From: an uncultured archaeon | GTDB lineage: Archaea > Thermoproteota > Nitrososphaeria > Nitrososphaerales > Gagatemarchaeaceae | Length of the DNA stretch: 64,000 bases | Assembly (NCBI GenBank): GCA_963799775.1 | Contig: CAWCYD010000003.1 | Span: 1,696,001 to 1,760,000 of the forward strand | Reading direction: 5' to 3' | In this document: positions 61,071 through 64,000 of the stretch, piece by piece | Layout of the letters: each line of letters opens with the position of its first letter | Numbering within the stretch: the stretch's first letter is position 1 | Program-made: the position numbers and the translations under genes | The notes under the pieces: model-generated | What the model saw: the letters and a program-made list of their open reading frames with translations, nothing else | The model's database searches: none | What the model was told of the DNA's origin: nothing

Positions 61071-61739
61071 CTAGTTCTCAGCTTGGCCCGCACTCGGCGG
61101 GGCACCAGGGTCAGGAATTCCAAAACTCGAATACACAGATGAAGTGAGGAACCTCCAGTTCTCCTTCTGGATTGTCCAGACGCCGTTCCTAATGGTCCAT
61201 TCCTGCTGCACGAAGACAAACGCTTGGTAAAAGAGGCAGTTTGGACGCGTGCCTTTAATCGTGATGTCGAACGTGGAGTTCACCACTCCTTGCCCAGTGG
61301 CACGTGTGGTGAGATTTGAGAACTGCAGGGGACTCGGGACCGACGGTGGCCAGTCATAGCAATTGATAGAAGAATACAATTCCTGTATCTTCGATAATCC
61401 GATGAAAGTCCCTGGGTTAGGAAAGGGAGTTCCAGAAGTCAGGTTTCCGTTCCATGCAATCGTGGACGAGTTGGTGTAGAACCTCAAGATGCCTGAAATG
61501 CTTCCCGGTGATTGGTTTTGGAGGCTTGACTCGTAAAGAGCGTTCTCAGCTATCGCGTTCGCTTCTATGGACCTTGCAGAGGACTCGGAGGAAGATTTTG
61601 CGGTCGCGTTGAACCTCTCGAGTCCGATGACGCCTAGGGAAATCAGCAACAAGGCAATTACGATTGCTCCAATAGCTATCTTCGTTCGGCCGGCTGAAGA
61701 TAGTTGTTGGGGCTCCGCCCTGACAGGGAACTTTGCCAT
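61071..61739 (-). CDS. Membrane-anchored NTF2/SnoaL-like protein
   Basis: N-terminal TM, FYTNSSTIAWNG..GTFIG...I, WTIQKENW; resembles 46518-47114. Confidence 0.65.
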   Translation of the reverse strand: MAKFPVRAEPQQLSSAGRTKIAIGAIVIALLLISLGVIGLERFNATAKSSSESSARSIEANAIAENALYESSLQNQSPGSISGILRFYTNSSTIAWNGNLTSGTPFPNPGTFIGLSKIQELYSSINCYDWPPSVPSPLQFSNLTTRATGQGVVNSTFDITIKGTRPNCLFYQAFVFVQQEWTIRNGVWTIQKENWRFLTSSVYSSFGIPDPGAPPSAGQAEN

Positions 61740-61846
61740 GACAATGTGCGATTGAGTCCCCGGCTGCTCTTACGCCTTCTGGATGAATCTGAGGAGCGGG
61801 TCAGAGCTTGAATGTACGAAGGGCTCGAACGGCATGGGAATGATTC

Positions 61847-62668
61847 ATGCTCCTAAATAGCAACCAGTCTTACAAGAAAGCTAGGTCGTTCGCGACGAAC
61901 ACGAAGAACGTGTTGCTTGCAGTCTTCATAGCGCTCACATTGGTGTTCGCCTCTCTGACAGCCTTTGAGTATAACGAGGTCGGCGTGCTCAACGCGCGGA
62001 TCGGCGCGAGTCAAAGCAAGACCACCTCCTCGGAGCTGTCTTTTCCCCATGATCAATCCGGGATTGGGCAGTTCTGCTCATCAGGCCAACCGGTTGATGG
62101 GGGCTGGATGACACAGACGTTCAATGCAACCGGACAGGTGACAAGGCAGGACTACTTCACGCCGGTGATGGTGATGCCTGATTCTTCAACGGCGTACGCG
62201 TGCATCACCTATCAATCGGACACGGGGTCCGACTTGGCGGGTTTCCTGCTCAATCGCGTAAATCCAATCAACTTTAGCTTCATGGCAGTGGTGTGCAGCC
62301 TGCAGGGTAATGGTCTTGGTCTTGGGTGTTCGCACACAAACGCGGGTTCTGGTCGCGCGTTCCCCTCTAGCATGACGCTCACGAATACGACGAGCGCTTT
62401 CACGGTAATCTATACCATCACGACGACTGCAGCTTCGAAAGGGTTCTATGGAGGGGCTGGTGATGTCTACTGGGGCCACGCCCTCGCTGTTGGCTATCAG
62501 CCATCCCAAGTGAACGCGAGCGACTTTGACCTGCACATTTTTGCCGGAGGGCATAGTGAGCTCAATGAACCGATTCACGCTGTCTCCGTCAGCGTGATAG
62601 ACATGAACGTCACCTACCTCGATTTTCAGTGTCAGGGCCCCGAATTGGGTTGCATCCTCGGTAAATGA
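61847..62668 (+). CDS. Membrane-anchored secreted hypothetical protein
   Basis: N-terminal TM, beta-rich Cys-containing ectodomain. Confidence 0.65.
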   Translation: MLLNSNQSYKKARSFATNTKNVLLAVFIALTLVFASLTAFEYNEVGVLNARIGASQSKTTSSELSFPHDQSGIGQFCSSGQPVDGGWMTQTFNATGQVTRQDYFTPVMVMPDSSTAYACITYQSDTGSDLAGFLLNRVNPINFSFMAVVCSLQGNGLGLGCSHTNAGSGRAFPSSMTLTNTTSAFTVIYTITTTAASKGFYGGAGDVYWGHALAVGYQPSQVNASDFDLHIFAGGHSELNEPIHAVSVSVIDMNVTYLDFQCQGPELGCILGK

Positions 62669-62741
62669 GCTGAACTTCGGGCCTCATAGCCTTGCACATG
62701 CGTATAATGGGAAAGCGGCTGGACCCTCATCTCTTCACTTC

Positions 62742-64000
62742 TCAAGTCACTTTGAAATGCAGGATCACCAGCGCTCGCCATTCGTCAGCCGCGACAACTG
62801 TGTAAACGCCGGGGGTGAAGTTCACGAAGGTCGTGCTGGTACTGCTATTCCAATAGCCGCTGTATGCGTTGGTAGCAAACACTGGTAGATATCCATAAAC
62901 AATAATGTCTGCCCAAGCACTCGACGGCTCAAACAGATAGGTGAAGTTGTTGCCGACGTAAGATCCAGTACAGCCACGGGACAATCCACCAGCGTAGGAG
63001 TAGAGCGCGAGCCATTGGGCCGTGGTTACGTTTCCGGCATCATAGTAGCCTTTGGTGACGACCCAACCCATAGGGTTGAGCTCGACACCGCACGAGTTTG
63101 TTCCGAATGGAGTGAACACGTGTCCGGCCGCATTTGGAGGGTTCCAGAATGCCCAGTTACTTTCTGTGAACACGTTGTTTGCATTATCGAGTGTGTTTTG
63201 CTCGTCCGCGGTTATTGCGATGCGCTGGCCACTCTCAATCGAGGTCGAATTTAGGCTGGCCGTGAGAACAAGGCCATCGACAGAACGGGAAGATGCCGTC
63301 GTAGACTTTGGCGCAGCCTCGACTGTAAAGTGTATGCCACAACCCTGACCCCACTGGTCCATCGCCACTAGGGTATAGGCTCCAGGAGGAAACTCGACGA
63401 AGCTGGAATTGTCTGGCGCACCGGACCAGTAGCCCGACAGAGAGTCAGTTACTGATATGGGGCACGAGCCGCTCCTACATTGCTCGGTAGTGCCGTTGAA
63501 CCCGATGATTGAAGCGTAGATACTATAGGGCGCGAAGGAGTATTGGTAGTAGTATTGAGGGCCTTGGGAAGGGCAGTCGTCATGAATGGCTGGATTCTGA
63601 AGGGATAGAGTGTCGGTAGCATTGTAAGGGACGCTGTCTCCTTGGTAAACCGCGAAACCTATTGCCTGATTGACGCAGGTGTCCCTAAGGAGGCCAACGG
63701 GAATTGGCCATAGGTCAGCCGATGTAACGTCGTTTGTAGAATTTCTTGTGTTGAAGACGTCGGCATTGATTGCAATCAAGCCCGAGCCATAGCCCGCAGG
63801 CGTACCCTGAACCTCTAGTCGAAGACCGTTGGATCCAACAGTCGAGCTCGCATACGAATCAGTTCCGATGCTGACCACGCTCGTAGGAGTCGGGAACGTG
63901 GGACATGGTTGGTACTCATCGACTATTGGACTGACGCAGAATATTGTGGTGCCCGAGAACCAAACGTCATAAGTTGCGGGCTGTCCGTTCGCGTAAGACG
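62742..64000 (-). CDS. Secreted modular protein with two internal repeats (starts beyond the window end)
   Basis: Two GL.L...N...W...GYW...F.PG.YT.VA.D.W units; frame is open to 64000. Confidence 0.75.
   Translation of the reverse strand, partial: SYANGQPATYDVWFSGTTIFCVSPIVDEYQPCPTFPTPTSVVSIGTDSYASSTVGSNGLRLEVQGTPAGYGSGLIAINADVFNTRNSTNDVTSADLWPIPVGLLRDTCVNQAIGFAVYQGDSVPYNATDTLSLQNPAIHDDCPSQGPQYYYQYSFAPYSIYASIIGFNGTTEQCRSGSCPISVTDSLSGYWSGAPDNSSFVEFPPGAYTLVAMDQWGQGCGIHFTVEAAPKSTTASSRSVDGLVLTASLNSTSIESGQRIAITADEQNTLDNANNVFTESNWAFWNPPNAAGHVFTPFGTNSCGVELNPMGWVVTKGYYDAGNVTTAQWLALYSYAGGLSRGCTGSYVGNNFTYLFEPSSAWADIIVYGYLPVFATNAYSGYWNSSTSTTFVNFTPGVYTVVAADEWRALVILHFKVT

Noticed and set aside
187-63348. 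Numerous long antisense or overlapping ORFs in the supplied track
   Set aside because: They are shadow ORFs of GC-rich genes, Arg/Gly/Pro-rich and without recognisable motifs.

Overview
Archaeal DNA, most likely a GC-rich Nitrososphaerota (Thaumarchaeota). The assignment rests on TFB, CdvB/ESCRT-III, eIF5A, SRP54-Pus10-rpl21e-rpoF-DUF655-rsmA synteny and BHB-intron tRNAs. Housekeeping blocks (1-28 kb, 38.3-41 kb, 48.5-58.5 kb) alternate with visibly lower-GC accessory islands at about 28.2-38.3 kb (around tRNA-His), 41-48.4 kb (around tRNA-Ala) and 58.6-64 kb, which are rich in secreted modular proteins. Single-base frameshifts interrupt many conserved genes, probably as long-read errors, so split ORFs were rejoined by eye. 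The main candidate novel system is a solo Cas1 of about 840 aa. It is fused behind Hel308-like winged-helix, wHTH and two zinc-finger domains, has no Cas2, array or PolB, and is divergent from a two-nuclease operon. A 60-nt palindromic element lies between them and recurs, inverted, in front of a paralogous nuclease 7.6 kb away. Other highlights: a lone tnpB inside IS6-like terminal inverted repeats with a decayed 8-bp TSD; a cassette inserted into the nadE 3' end with a synonymous recoded duplicate; tRNA-3'-like direct repeats around a cassette; a micro-ORF pair present twice; and two candidate structured ncRNAs.
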